Shown here one piece after another: positions 1 to 8,960 of a stretch of DNA of 64,000 bases. This stretch comes from Candidatus Marinacidobacterales bacterium (GTDB lineage Bacteria > Acidobacteriota > Vicinamibacteria > Marinacidobacterales > DATDRI01). A model generated the notes under the pieces. It worked only from the letters and a program-made list of their open reading frames with translations. It did not search any database and was not told the origin of the DNA. Every line of letters starts with the position of its first letter. Positions within the stretch are counted from its first letter, which is position 1. The DNA is taken from assembly GCA_965226495.1 (NCBI GenBank), contig OZ245365.1, positions 384,001 through 448,000 of the forward strand, written 5' to 3'. The position numbers and the translations under genes were made by a program.

Positions 1-125
1 GGCTCCACTTCGGTTGGAATTTAAGACTTCCTCTGTTGGTGAGCTGCCTGGCGACTCTGGTTCTGGGGTTGTATCCGGAGCCGCTGATCTCTGCGGCCCG
101 CCGCGCCGCCCTAGAGCTCTTCTAG
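1..125 (+). CDS. nuoN: C-terminal fragment of probable NADH-quinone oxidoreductase subunit N (partial, runs off window start)
   Basis: Frame 3 reads LHFGWNLRLPLLVSCLATLVLGLYPEPLISAARRAALELF* (TAG 123-125). A final TM helix ending in LGLYP followed by an amphipathic helix is typical of NuoN/MrpD-type C-termini. Only about 40 codons are visible. Confidence 0.6.
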   Translation, partial: LHFGWNLRLPLLVSCLATLVLGLYPEPLISAARRAALELF

Positions 126-150
126 CGCCTTGGGAAAGTCAAAGGCGATC

Positions 151-228
151 AGACGGGATAACAGGATTCACGGGATACGGAATGCAACGACACTTCCCTC
201 TTATCCCGTTATCCGTGTAATCCTGTCT
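151..228. repeat. Imperfect inverted repeat with ~9-bp internal periodicity between convergent genes; possible bidirectional terminator
   Basis: agacgggataacaggattcacgggata (151-177) is complementary to tatcccgttatccgtgtaatcctgtct (ends 228). Confidence 0.5.
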
Positions 229-1648
229 AGTTTTTTTGCTCCTGCAGGCTTCGCAAAGCCCTCGCCAGCGTTTCCTCTTCCTCGGGAGTCACCGTTCGCA
301 GATCTAGCAGCACCTGGTCGTCTGCGATGCGCGCGATCACCGGGGGGTCGTGACCACGCAAGCGGTCCAAGATCGTCTGCGCGGAGAGATTCTTCGCGCG
401 AACGCTAACCAAAGAGGTCGGTAACTCGGCCTCCGGTGCAGCGCCTCCCCCGACTTTGGAGGCTCCGTCGAGCAACGAAAGCTCGAGTCCCTTTACGTCG
501 TCGAGAGATTTCACAAGGCGGCGACCGCGGGATCGTACTTCGGAGGCAGGTGCGGAGAGCATCTTGAGCACCGGAATGTGCTCCGCCGCTTTGCCTTGAA
601 CGAAGGCCTCGAGTGTTGCCTCGAGCGCCGCGTAAGTGAGTTTGTCCACTCTCAGCGCACGCGCCAGCGGATTCTCCCGACACTTCTTCACACTTTCTGC
701 GAGTCCGACCAGGACTCCAGCCTGTGGACCACCCAGGAGTTTGTCCCCGGAAAAAGTGATCAAGTCCACACCGGCGGCAAGGCTGTCCTGCACGGTCGTC
801 TCGTACGGTAGCCCGTAGGAGCGCAGTGAGAGAATGTTGCCGCTTCCGAAATCTTCGATCACCGGGATCCCTCGCTCTTTGCCCATCGCCACCAGCTCTT
901 CGGTCGATGCGCTTTCGGTGAAACCCACGATTCGAAAATTGGATGGGTGGACACGGAGGATGAGAGCGGTGTCCGGACCGAACGCCGCTTCGTAGTCTTG
1001 GATTCGCGTCTTGTTGGTCGTTCCGACTTCGCGCAGTCGAGCGCCGCTTCTCTCCAGGATGTCGGGAATTCGAAAGGAACCGCCGATCTCTACCAGCTCG
1101 CCGCGAGAGATCAATACTTCCTTGGAAGCCGCGAAGCTATTGAGGGTGAGCAGAACGGCCGCGGCGTTATTGTTGACAACCAAAGCGTCGTAACCCGGGA
1201 AGAGGCGCTCGAGTGGCCGGACCGCGTGTTTCTCGCGTCGGCCTCGCTTGCCGGTAGTTAGATCGTACTCGAGGTTGCTGTAGGAGCTAGCCACCCGGGC
1301 GACCGCCGCGATCGCGGATGGCGACAGGGGTGCTCGACCGAGGTTGGTGTGCACGATGATGCCGGTGGCGTTGATCACGGAGACTAGGGTCGGCGCACTG
1401 GCCATGGCCAGCTGGCTTCTTATCGAGCTCTCCATCGAAGCAAGCGCTCGATCGAAGGTACTCTGATTGATTCGCGCGTCCCGTACCGCATCCCGGAGCC
1501 CCGACAGAGCGGAGCGGGTAGCGGCGACGAGCGGGTCTCGTCCGAACTCGGCCTCGAGTCTACGAAAGCCGGCTTGATCGAGGAGTTTCTCGACGCTCGG
1601 TAGGCGTCTTAGAAGCTGGCCGACATCGCCGGCCGATGCGGTGCCCAT
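227..1648 (-). CDS. selA: L-seryl-tRNA(Sec) selenium transferase
   Basis: Motifs VINATGIIVHTNLGRAPL, YSNLEYDL, VVNNNAAAV, SRGELVEIGGSFRIPD and the PLP-lysine motif FSGDKLLGGPQAG. Start trimmed to ATG 1648 (ORF track starts at 1705). Confidence 0.96.
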   Translation of the reverse strand: MGTASAGDVGQLLRRLPSVEKLLDQAGFRRLEAEFGRDPLVAATRSALSGLRDAVRDARINQSTFDRALASMESSIRSQLAMASAPTLVSVINATGIIVHTNLGRAPLSPSAIAAVARVASSYSNLEYDLTTGKRGRREKHAVRPLERLFPGYDALVVNNNAAAVLLTLNSFAASKEVLISRGELVEIGGSFRIPDILERSGARLREVGTTNKTRIQDYEAAFGPDTALILRVHPSNFRIVGFTESASTEELVAMGKERGIPVIEDFGSGNILSLRSYGLPYETTVQDSLAAGVDLITFSGDKLLGGPQAGVLVGLAESVKKCRENPLARALRVDKLTYAALEATLEAFVQGKAAEHIPVLKMLSAPASEVRSRGRRLVKSLDDVKGLELSLLDGASKVGGGAAPEAELPTSLVSVRAKNLSAQTILDRLRGHDPPVIARIADDQVLLDLRTVTPEEEETLARALRSLQEQKN

Positions 1649-1725
1649 AATCGAGATCCGAGGGAACTGCTGTCGTTGACAATAGTTAGCGTTTCCAGGT
1701 AGCATTCTAACATAGCTAAACGATC

Positions 1726-2139
1726 ATGGCCGAAGACCGGGCGAAGAACTACATCGAGAGACTTCCCGAGATCATCGAACGTCGGGAGGAGGATATCTCC
1801 CATCTGGACCCACAGATGGTGGAGATCCTCTATCCGGAAAGGCACGCTCGCGACTTCTCACTCACCGTGGTTTTCGGTCCGTCGGCCGATCCGAAGTATG
1901 CGGAGGCCGTCTCCCTTGCCGAGCGCGCCCTGAGGTATCGTAGGGAGGGGCAGGATCGATGGCTACGCCACTACGCGAGCTACACCGTCAACGAGGTGGA
2001 GGAGCTGCATCGATTGTTTGGTTACGTCGGAGAGTCTCCCAGCTGCGAGATATTGGTGAACGACAAGAAGGTGCCTTACGCTCGCGAGCTGTGGTTGCCT
2101 TTTTTCTGGTTCTTCCGAAAGGAAGAGCGGCAAACGTAG
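1726..2139 (+). CDS. Hypothetical protein (137 aa)
   Basis: ATG start and host-like codon usage; divergent from selA; next gene follows closely. No motif recognised. Confidence 0.75.
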   Translation: MAEDRAKNYIERLPEIIERREEDISHLDPQMVEILYPERHARDFSLTVVFGPSADPKYAEAVSLAERALRYRREGQDRWLRHYASYTVNEVEELHRLFGYVGESPSCEILVNDKKVPYARELWLPFFWFFRKEERQT

Positions 2140-2148
2140 GAGGCGCGC

Positions 2149-2725
2149 GTGGGTTTCTCTTCGGACATGGAAGCGCTCAAGAAGGGCATGAAACAGCTCG
2201 AGATCGAGTACGAGCGAGTACGAGCAGTGGTTCTCCGGGGCTCTCAAACAACCACCTTGGCCAACTAAGAAGAAAGTCGAAAACATCATTCGAAATTATT
2301 CCCGGAACCCCCCGCAAAACTTGGCCGAGCAGGCGGTGTTCCAAATGCACCAGGCAAAGTACACAACCTACGCCGAAATGTGGAACCGCCGGGTGCGCCT
2401 CAAGGAAGAAGGGCGACTCGCCACCGGTCGCGAGGAGCGATCGAAGCGGGTTCCTGCGCCGTCACCCATTACAGACGGGCCATCACGTCAAGCTGCCAAG
2501 GGCCAGAAGGGAAAGCCGGGAGACGAGTTTCGGAAAGTCTTCGACAAGTATGTTGCCGCCAAGCAGGAGGCGGGTCAGTCCACCAGCAACTTGAACTACG
2601 ATAGCTTCCGTAAGGTCCTTTCCAAACAAACGAAGCAACTCCAAAGTGGCGGCTACAAGAAAGTCGACTTCGGCGTCTCGATGAAAGGGGGAAAGGTCTC
2701 GGTCGTAGCCAGGCCGAAGAAGTGA
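2149..2725 (+). pseudogene. MXAN_5187 C-terminal-domain-like protein, frameshifted by a 10-bp tandem duplication
   Basis: GGAGG at 2139-2143, then GTG 2149. CGAGTACGAG occurs twice (2205-2224). Removing one copy joins the N-terminus to ORF 2321-2725, giving ~188 aa (IEYEQWFSGALKQPP...YAEMWNRRVRLKEEG...YDSFRKVLSKQ...VDFGVSMKGGKVSVVARPK). Confidence 0.7.
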
Positions 2726-3540
2726 CCCGCGGTCTCGGGTCTCTTTTGTCCTCGCTTTTTCCCCGCTTCATCCTTCTCACGCTGCTGTTCGTCATGGTGC
2801 CCGGTTTCGTTGACGCATGGCCGGCTCCCACCTACCGGAACATGGTCTACGACACCCTGCTCATCATGCCTCCGACGCTTCGGCGTGTCCTCTGGCGGAA
2901 TGAAGCTTATTTGTTGAAGGGAGTCTTCGGGCTGGAGGGAGAAATGGCGTCGGCGCTGGCCCGGGACGGTTTGGCGGGCTCTCTGTCCCAAGACACCGCC
3001 CGTGCCGTGGATCAGAGGGTCGACGGCATAGCAGAGCAGGTGAATCAACATCGCCCGTTCCGTGAAGTTGCTTTCGAATTGGGAAAGCTTCTCCGCATCG
3101 CTGCCGACTTGGCCGACCCGACGGTGGTGGGTGCCTCGGATCCGCGACTCGCGCGCGCCAGCGGAGAGTTTCATCGCTTCGTTACGCTGCACCTCGAGGA
3201 GTTTCCCCTGGTCTACGACTGGAGTCTCCCGTCGACGTTAAAGGGCGGGGTCTCGGTCACGACACTACTGCAACGGCTCTCGTCTACCAGTAGGGCTTCC
3301 GTTCCCGACCTGGCGGATGCTTTCTGGAAGGACGGCCGGTTGGTGCCGGCCACGGCATTCGACTATCGTTCTGTCCCTTATGCGATGGCCTCCTTGGGCT
3401 ACTCGCGGGGGGTTACCGCGGCTTCCTATCTCTGGCTGGCCGCTTGGGAAAAGGCGAACGGCGATTTCAGGGGTTACCGGTTCTTCGCGGAGGAAAAACC
3501 AGGAATGACGAGGGCTCGCAAGAAGCCCGCTTCGGAGTAA
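2722..3540 (+). CDS. Exported hypothetical protein, possibly phospholipase C/P1-nuclease-like fold
   Basis: Signal peptide ending VDA-W; segment FELGKLLRIAADLADP; GTGA overlap with the upstream gene. Confidence 0.7.
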   Translation: MTRGLGSLLSSLFPRFILLTLLFVMVPGFVDAWPAPTYRNMVYDTLLIMPPTLRRVLWRNEAYLLKGVFGLEGEMASALARDGLAGSLSQDTARAVDQRVDGIAEQVNQHRPFREVAFELGKLLRIAADLADPTVVGASDPRLARASGEFHRFVTLHLEEFPLVYDWSLPSTLKGGVSVTTLLQRLSSTSRASVPDLADAFWKDGRLVPATAFDYRSVPYAMASLGYSRGVTAASYLWLAAWEKANGDFRGYRFFAEEKPGMTRARKKPASE

Positions 3541-3710
3541 CAGCCCTGAGCCCGAGCGGAGCGCGAACGTCAGTGAGTCGCGAAGCGAGTAGCGAGTGGG
3601 GGTGGGGCCCCGCGAGCGCTGATAACAGCCCTGAGCCCGAGCGGAGCGCGAACGTCAGTGAGTCGCGAAGCGAGTAGCGAGTGGGGGTGGGGCCCCGCGA
3701 GCGCTGATAA
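3541..3710 (+). repeat. Two identical tandem 85-bp REP-like units (family A)
   Basis: cagccctgagcccgagcggagcgcgaacgtcagtgagtcgcgaagcgagtagcgagtgggggtggggccccgcgagcgctgataa at 3541-3625 and 3626-3710. Confidence 0.95.
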
Positions 3711-3758
3711 ATTTTGAACAAGTTTTATAACAAAGCCAAAGAAGGGAAGAAGAAGAAC

Positions 3759-5345
3759 ATGAACGCTTCGCGAGAAAAATCCAAAACTCGGGCGCTGCTG
3801 AGCGTTGCCAACAAGGAGGGGATCGTCTCGTTTGCGAGAAGCCTTGCGGAACGAGGCTACGAGGTTGTCTCGAGCGGCGGCACCGCAAGCGTACTCTCGA
3901 AAGAGGAGATTCCGGTTACTCCGGTGCCGGAGGTAACGGGGTTTCCCCAAATACTTGGAGGTCGGGTGAAGACGCTTCATCCACTTATCCATGGCGGCAT
4001 CCTGGCGCGCCGCAACTTGGCTTCTGATCTCGAGGAGCTCGAGCAAAACGAAATTATCCCGGTCGATATCGTCGCGGTGAACTTCTATCCCTTCGAAGCC
4101 AAAGTCGCGGAGAAGAGCGCCGTCTCCGAGATCATCGAGAACATCGACATTGGCGGGCCGAGCATGCTGCGAGCGGCCGCTAAGAACTTCCAGCACGTGA
4201 TCCCGGTCGTCGACCCCAGGGACTACCCGCTGGTTCTGGGAAAGCTGGACGAAGGCATGGACCTCGCGACTCGACTCTACCTGGCGGTGAAGGCCTTCCG
4301 CGCCAGTGCTCGCTACGAGGCGGCCATTGGTTCCTACATGACGCAATTGGAAGCGCACGGGGAGGAATTGGTTGCGGCCGAGCTCGATGCATCACTGCCC
4401 TCGACGCTCAGCGTTTCCTTCGAGAAGGTTCAAGATCTCCGCTACGGTGAAAACCCCCATCAGTCAGCGGCTTTCTATCGCGAATCGGGCGGAGTGCCTA
4501 CTGCGGTGGCAGGCGCCAGAAAGCTTCAGGGGAAGGAGCTCTCGTACAATAATATTTTAGACCTCGACGCTGCTTGGCGCCTTACGTGTGAGTTCGAAGA
4601 TACCGCCGCGGTGGTGCTCAAGCACACCAACCCGTGCGGGGTCGCTGTCGGGGAAACGCTCTCGAGCGCCTACGTCAAAGCGCGCGAAACCGATCCGACC
4701 TCGGCCTTCGGCGGAATCGTCGGGCTCAACCGGCGGGTGGACAGGAAAACCGCGAAGGAGTTGGCTTCGACGTTCCTAGAGGCGGTCATTGCCCCGGGCT
4801 TCGAGCCCGATGCCATCGAGGAGCTCAGCGGGAAGAAAAACCTCCGGCTCTTGGCCATCGATGATCCACTTCATTCGGCGGGATGGGAAGGGCACAACCT
4901 GTGCCGAGTGGTAGGAGGGTTGCTGGTCCAGGATTGGGACAACTCGCCATTGGATCGTGAGCGCTTGGAGATCTCGACCAAACGCAAACCGACCGAACAA
5001 GAAATGGCGGCGCTCGAGTTCGCCTGGAAGGTGGCCAAGCACGTGAAGTCGAACGCCATCGTGATTGCCAAGGATCGCCACACTTTGGGGATCGGCGCTG
5101 GCCAAATGAGCCGAGTGGATTCGTGCGGCCTTGCGGTGACTAAGGCCCAGAGCTCGCTAGAGGGATCGGTGGCCGCTTCCGACGCCTTTTTTCCCTTTCG
5201 CGATGGGCCGGATCAGTTGGCCGATGCCGGCGTCCGAGCAATCATCCAGCCTGGCGGATCTATCAGGGACGAAGAGGTGATCAACGGAGCGGACGAGCGA
5301 GGGTTGGCAATGGTTTTTACCGGAGTGCGCCACTTCCGTCACTGA
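3759..5345 (+). CDS. purH: Bifunctional AICAR transformylase/IMP cyclohydrolase
   Basis: [47 protein letters not shown] and C-terminal RHFRH. Start trimmed to ATG 3759. Confidence 0.98.
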   Translation: MNASREKSKTRALLSVANKEGIVSFARSLAERGYEVVSSGGTASVLSKEEIPVTPVPEVTGFPQILGGRVKTLHPLIHGGILARRNLASDLEELEQNEIIPVDIVAVNFYPFEAKVAEKSAVSEIIENIDIGGPSMLRAAAKNFQHVIPVVDPRDYPLVLGKLDEGMDLATRLYLAVKAFRASARYEAAIGSYMTQLEAHGEELVAAELDASLPSTLSVSFEKVQDLRYGENPHQSAAFYRESGGVPTAVAGARKLQGKELSYNNILDLDAAWRLTCEFEDTAAVVLKHTNPCGVAVGETLSSAYVKARETDPTSAFGGIVGLNRRVDRKTAKELASTFLEAVIAPGFEPDAIEELSGKKNLRLLAIDDPLHSAGWEGHNLCRVVGGLLVQDWDNSPLDRERLEISTKRKPTEQEMAALEFAWKVAKHVKSNAIVIAKDRHTLGIGAGQMSRVDSCGLAVTKAQSSLEGSVAASDAFFPFRDGPDQLADAGVRAIIQPGGSIRDEEVINGADERGLAMVFTGVRHFRH

Positions 5346-6322
5346 AACGAGGCTAATAGTTCGTCTGCGTCCACCGCTGCGGTACCGAGTTTCCCGACCA
5401 CGATTCCCGCCGCCTGATTGGCCAACCTCGCGGAGTTGGCTAGCGACGCGCCGCCACTCAGTGCGAAAGCGATGGTGGCGATCACGGTATCGCCCGCTCC
5501 GGTGACGTCGAAGACTTCCCGTGCCGAAGCATCGATGTGCACGGCGGGTTTGCCCTTCTCGAACAAGGACATGCCTTGCTCACCTCGAGTGATTAGGACC
5601 GCCTGACAGCCGAGCTTGCTGAGGATCGTGCGCGCCGCTCGAGTCAGCCCGGGCGCATCAACAATGCTCGTCTCCGTGAGGCGCTCGGCTTCGTGGATGT
5701 TGGGTGTCACCAGATTGACGTTTCGGTACTCGCCAAAGCGGGCGAGCTTCGGATCTACCAGAATCGGAATTTTCCGCCGTCGCGCGAGTCGAGTGCATTC
5801 CCGAAGGATCTGAGTCGTCAAGACACCTTTGCTGTAGTCGGAGAGAACCAGGGCGCTTGCGCGCTCGACCGCGGCGGCGACCTTATCGAGAGCGAGCTTT
5901 TCGAGGGATCGGGAAATGTCGTTCCGCGACTCGCGGTCGGCCCTCACGACTTGCTGGCTTTGCGCGATGATCCGGGTTTTTAAGGTGGTAGGCCGGGTCG
6001 GATCGGTGAGTAACCCTTCCTCCGATATTCCCACCTCTTGAAGCACTCCGCGCATGCGCCGAGCGGCATCGTCTTCTCCCAAGATGCCGATAAGAAGAGG
6101 TTCGCTTCCCAAGCTGTGTAGGTTGTGAGCGACGTTGGCGGCGCCGCCGAGGTGGAAGCTGTGACCGGAGACGTCCACTACGGGCACCGGTGCTTCGGGC
6201 GAGATGCGAGACACGTTCCCCCAAACGAACTCGTCGAGCATCAGGTCGCCAATGATCGCGACCTCCTTGCCGCGGGCGGCTCGGAGAATCGCTGAAGCTC
6301 GCTTAGCCGAGACCGCGGTCAA
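5339..6322 (-). CDS. rfaE1: D-glycero-beta-D-manno-heptose-7-phosphate kinase (RfaE domain I, PfkB family)
   Basis: GDLMLDEFVWGNVSRISPEAPVPVV, GGAANVA, SDYSKG, DVTGAGDTV, VVGKLGT. Confidence 0.93.
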   Translation of the reverse strand: MTAVSAKRASAILRAARGKEVAIIGDLMLDEFVWGNVSRISPEAPVPVVDVSGHSFHLGGAANVAHNLHSLGSEPLLIGILGEDDAARRMRGVLQEVGISEEGLLTDPTRPTTLKTRIIAQSQQVVRADRESRNDISRSLEKLALDKVAAAVERASALVLSDYSKGVLTTQILRECTRLARRRKIPILVDPKLARFGEYRNVNLVTPNIHEAERLTETSIVDAPGLTRAARTILSKLGCQAVLITRGEQGMSLFEKGKPAVHIDASAREVFDVTGAGDTVIATIAFALSGGASLANSARLANQAAGIVVGKLGTAAVDADELLASFQ

Positions 6323-7554
6323 GGAAGTACGTCCCCCGGTGTTTCGGTTCGATTGCGTTCGAGCACGACGGGTATCGCCATAGCAAATAGAAAGAGCATG
6401 AGAAACTCTGAATCGCCGAAGTTGTACTCGAAGAGCCCCGCAGTCAACCCCGCGCCCATGAGAGCCAAGGCTCCGGCTGCCAATCCGCGACCGCCATTTT
6501 CAGGTGGTGCACGCCCGCCTGTCGGAGTCGCCCGGTAGGACCGAATACTTACCGTCAATCCAATGGCCATCAGCCATACCCAAGCCAATAGACATGGTAA
6601 ACCACGTTCGGCCGCGATTTGAACGACATTATTATGTAAATGAATATTCTGCAGGTGCGGAGCGCCCTCCAACCTATAGATAGGATAGACCGACTTCACC
6701 ATATTCGGACCCACCCCGAACCATGGGTGATTGGCGGTCATCTGGATGCCACTCTTCAACATGTACATACGGTCTCGGCTCGAGCGATCGGGCCGGACGA
6801 GCGATCGTACTCTCTTCTCGACATCGCTGGGCACCAGAAGCATGGCTCCGATAAGGATCACCGGGATTCCGATCAGCAGGCGTCGGTCGCGCAAGAAGCA
6901 CAACAAGCCGAACGCCACCAGCACGCCGATCCAGGCGCTGCGTGTCAACGAGAGTGCCAGAGCAACCAGAATCAAAACCAAACTTCCCGCGAGGAAGGCG
7001 CGTCTTCGACGGCCAAAGAGTAGCTCGGCAAACGCGAGCACGCCGACGCCCATGAGCAGCCCGGCGAACGTCATGTAATGGCTCATAAATCCGCGGATCC
7101 GATGATTGATGTCGCCCAGATCGCTGAAAAAATACTGCCATAGGGAGAAAAGCGCGCCCAAATCGGCCACGACGATCAAGACCAACACCAAACGCTCCAG
7201 CGTCGAGGTTCGGCGAACCACACTGACGACAACATATGGAATCGCGAGGAGCGCCAGCTTCTTCACGCTGGCAAAGCTTTCTGCCGGCTCGAAGGAGAGT
7301 CCCGCCGAGGCGATGCTGCAGAGAGCGAACAGGCCGAGCGGCCAATCGAACGGCAGCCGCACCAGTTCCGCTTTGCCGGCCGCGAGTTGATACAGCCAAA
7401 CGAGCAGTACGATCGTCAGCACGATCTGGGAAGCGGCGATGGAGATCTGGATGAGAGCGAGCCAGAAACCGATGACGAAGACAAGCGATGATTCCCGGCC
7501 CGCGAGCTCGGCCAGCCGATTCGTCCCGGGGAGGGTGGAGGCGGCGGCCTTCAC
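6319..7554 (-). CDS. O-antigen ligase family (WaaL/Wzy_C) membrane protein
   Basis: Many TM segments; LTRSAWIG, HPWFGVG and HLHNNVVQIAAERG motifs. Start set at GTG 7554, next to the upstream stop. Confidence 0.88.
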   Translation of the reverse strand: MKAAASTLPGTNRLAELAGRESSLVFVIGFWLALIQISIAASQIVLTIVLLVWLYQLAAGKAELVRLPFDWPLGLFALCSIASAGLSFEPAESFASVKKLALLAIPYVVVSVVRRTSTLERLVLVLIVVADLGALFSLWQYFFSDLGDINHRIRGFMSHYMTFAGLLMGVGVLAFAELLFGRRRRAFLAGSLVLILVALALSLTRSAWIGVLVAFGLLCFLRDRRLLIGIPVILIGAMLLVPSDVEKRVRSLVRPDRSSRDRMYMLKSGIQMTANHPWFGVGPNMVKSVYPIYRLEGAPHLQNIHLHNNVVQIAAERGLPCLLAWVWLMAIGLTVSIRSYRATPTGGRAPPENGGRGLAAGALALMGAGLTAGLFEYNFGDSEFLMLFLFAMAIPVVLERNRTETPGDVLP

Positions 7555-7555
7555 G

Positions 7556-8614
7556 TCATCCTTCCCTTCGCTCGGCCCTGCTCGGCATGTCCGCAGGCAA
7601 GAGCTCCAAAGCGGCATCGAGCACACTGTCGACCGGGAGCTCTGTGAGGCAGGCGAACTGTGCCGGATTGACGCACCATTTGCCGTGGCACGGGCTGCAT
7701 TCTAGGCCGGCCGCGATCGCCCGATGAGGAACGCCCCAGGGATGCCATCGTTCAGGATCAGAGGAACCAAATATGCCCACCACCGGGGTACCCAACGCAG
7801 CGGCGACGTGCATGGGGCCGCTGTCGTTGCCTACGTAAAGCGAGGCGGACTCTATTAAGGCCATGAGCTCCCCGGATGTGAGGCCGGAGGCCACCGGCAG
7901 CTCCGGTAAGAAAAACTCGGCGAGAGAGTGTTCTGGGCCCGGCAAGCTGACCACCACCGGTCGCCCGGTGCGCTCTTTCAGCGAGCGACTGAGCTCGAGG
8001 AATCGCTCGGCAGGCCATTCTTTGGACAGAAAGCTGGCGGTAGGTTGGAACAGCAGGTAACCCTTGATAGGAACACCGAGCCTACCCAGTCGTCCGTTCA
8101 CTTGGGCGCGAGCTTCCGTAGGGACTCGAAGACTGGGGAGCAGATCGCGCACCGGCATTCCCATCGCCGCCACTAATGAGGCTTGGTCATGAACGGTATG
8201 GGTGGCAGCGGGATCGGCGAAGACTTCTTCCGGCCGCCCGACACGCAGGTTGTAGGCCAAGCGAAACCTGTAGTTTTTCCGGCCGACCCGGAGCGGTGCT
8301 CCCGAAGCCGCGGTGAGCCATGCGCTGGTCGGTCCACCGTGAAAGTTGATCGCCGCATCGAAACCTATGCCCCGGAGTCTTTTCGCGAGCGAGATTTTGT
8401 CGAAGCTACCCCGGCCGAGCGGCAACACTTCGTCGACCGAGCGATGCCCCTCGAGAAGATCGGCGAACTCCTCGGCCAGCACGACGTAGAGCTTCGCTTC
8501 TGGCAGGGCGGAGCGAAGCGCATCCAGGGCCGGGGTCATTAGGACCGCGTCTCCCATGGAGCGAAGCCGCAGGCACAGGATCTTACGAAGCCCGCGGTGG
8601 ACGAGTTGGCTCAA
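7556..8614 (-). CDS. Glycosyltransferase family 9 (LPS heptosyltransferase-like)
   Basis: LRLRSMGDAVLMTP, KEWPAERF, VGNDSGPMHVAAALG, FGSSDP and CSPC...C...C. Probable TTG start overlaps the Trm112 stop (TTGA). Confidence 0.9.
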   Translation of the reverse strand: MSQLVHRGLRKILCLRLRSMGDAVLMTPALDALRSALPEAKLYVVLAEEFADLLEGHRSVDEVLPLGRGSFDKISLAKRLRGIGFDAAINFHGGPTSAWLTAASGAPLRVGRKNYRFRLAYNLRVGRPEEVFADPAATHTVHDQASLVAAMGMPVRDLLPSLRVPTEARAQVNGRLGRLGVPIKGYLLFQPTASFLSKEWPAERFLELSRSLKERTGRPVVVSLPGPEHSLAEFFLPELPVASGLTSGELMALIESASLYVGNDSGPMHVAAALGTPVVGIFGSSDPERWHPWGVPHRAIAAGLECSPCHGKWCVNPAQFACLTELPVDSVLDAALELLPADMPSRAERREG

Positions 8615-8802
8615 GTAGTCGACTTCGTGTCGGACTGTTCGATGGTGGCCTCGTCCACGAGCATGATCGGAATGTCGTCCCGGATGGGGTACACCCGGAA
8701 ACATGTGCCGCATTTGAGAGCGGCGCCTTCTTTCACCAGCGTGACCGGCGTTTTGCACACCGGGCACGCCAAGATCTCCAGTAGCTCAGGATGGATGGCC
8801 AT
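8611..8802 (-). CDS. Trm112 family protein (YcaR/UPF0434)
   Basis: LLEILACPVCK...LKCGTC.RVYPIRDDIPIMLVDEA. Confidence 0.93.
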   Translation of the reverse strand: MAIHPELLEILACPVCKTPVTLVKEGAALKCGTCFRVYPIRDDIPIMLVDEATIEQSDTKSTT

Positions 8803-8824
8803 ATAGCAGTCCCCAGTGAAAAAC

Positions 8825-8852
8825 TTTATAACAGGCCGCTCACGGGTGTCAA
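8825..8852 (-). promoter_or_regulatory. Sigma70-like promoter for the Trm112-LPS operon
   Basis: Minus strand reads TTGACA-16 nt-TATAAA with an extended -10 TG. Confidence 0.65.
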
Positions 8853-8899
8853 TCTGACACTACCGCCGCCCTCGGCAGAACCCATTCATGTCACTTTCG

Positions 8900-8928
8900 T
8901 TGACAACCTTCCGCGGGGGTCCGATAAT
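8900..8928 (+). promoter_or_regulatory. Sigma70-like promoter for the TPR-ispE operon
   Basis: TTGACA (8900-8905), 17-nt spacer, GATAAT (8923-8928). Confidence 0.7.
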
Positions 8929-8960
8929 GGTTTTAAGCGTCGTGTGACCGCACAAAACAT

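Noticed and set aside
1959-2594. 211-aa overlapping ORF
   Set aside because: It is an Arg/Ser-rich off-frame product overlapping two better-supported genes.
227-3540. Selenoprotein (UGA read-through) near selA
   Set aside because: No ORF here shows an in-frame TGA with a plausible continuation; the break at 2205-2268 is a frameshift ending in TAA.
3541-3710. CRISPR array
   Set aside because: Units are contiguous 85-bp duplicates with no unique spacers, and there are no cas genes in the window.
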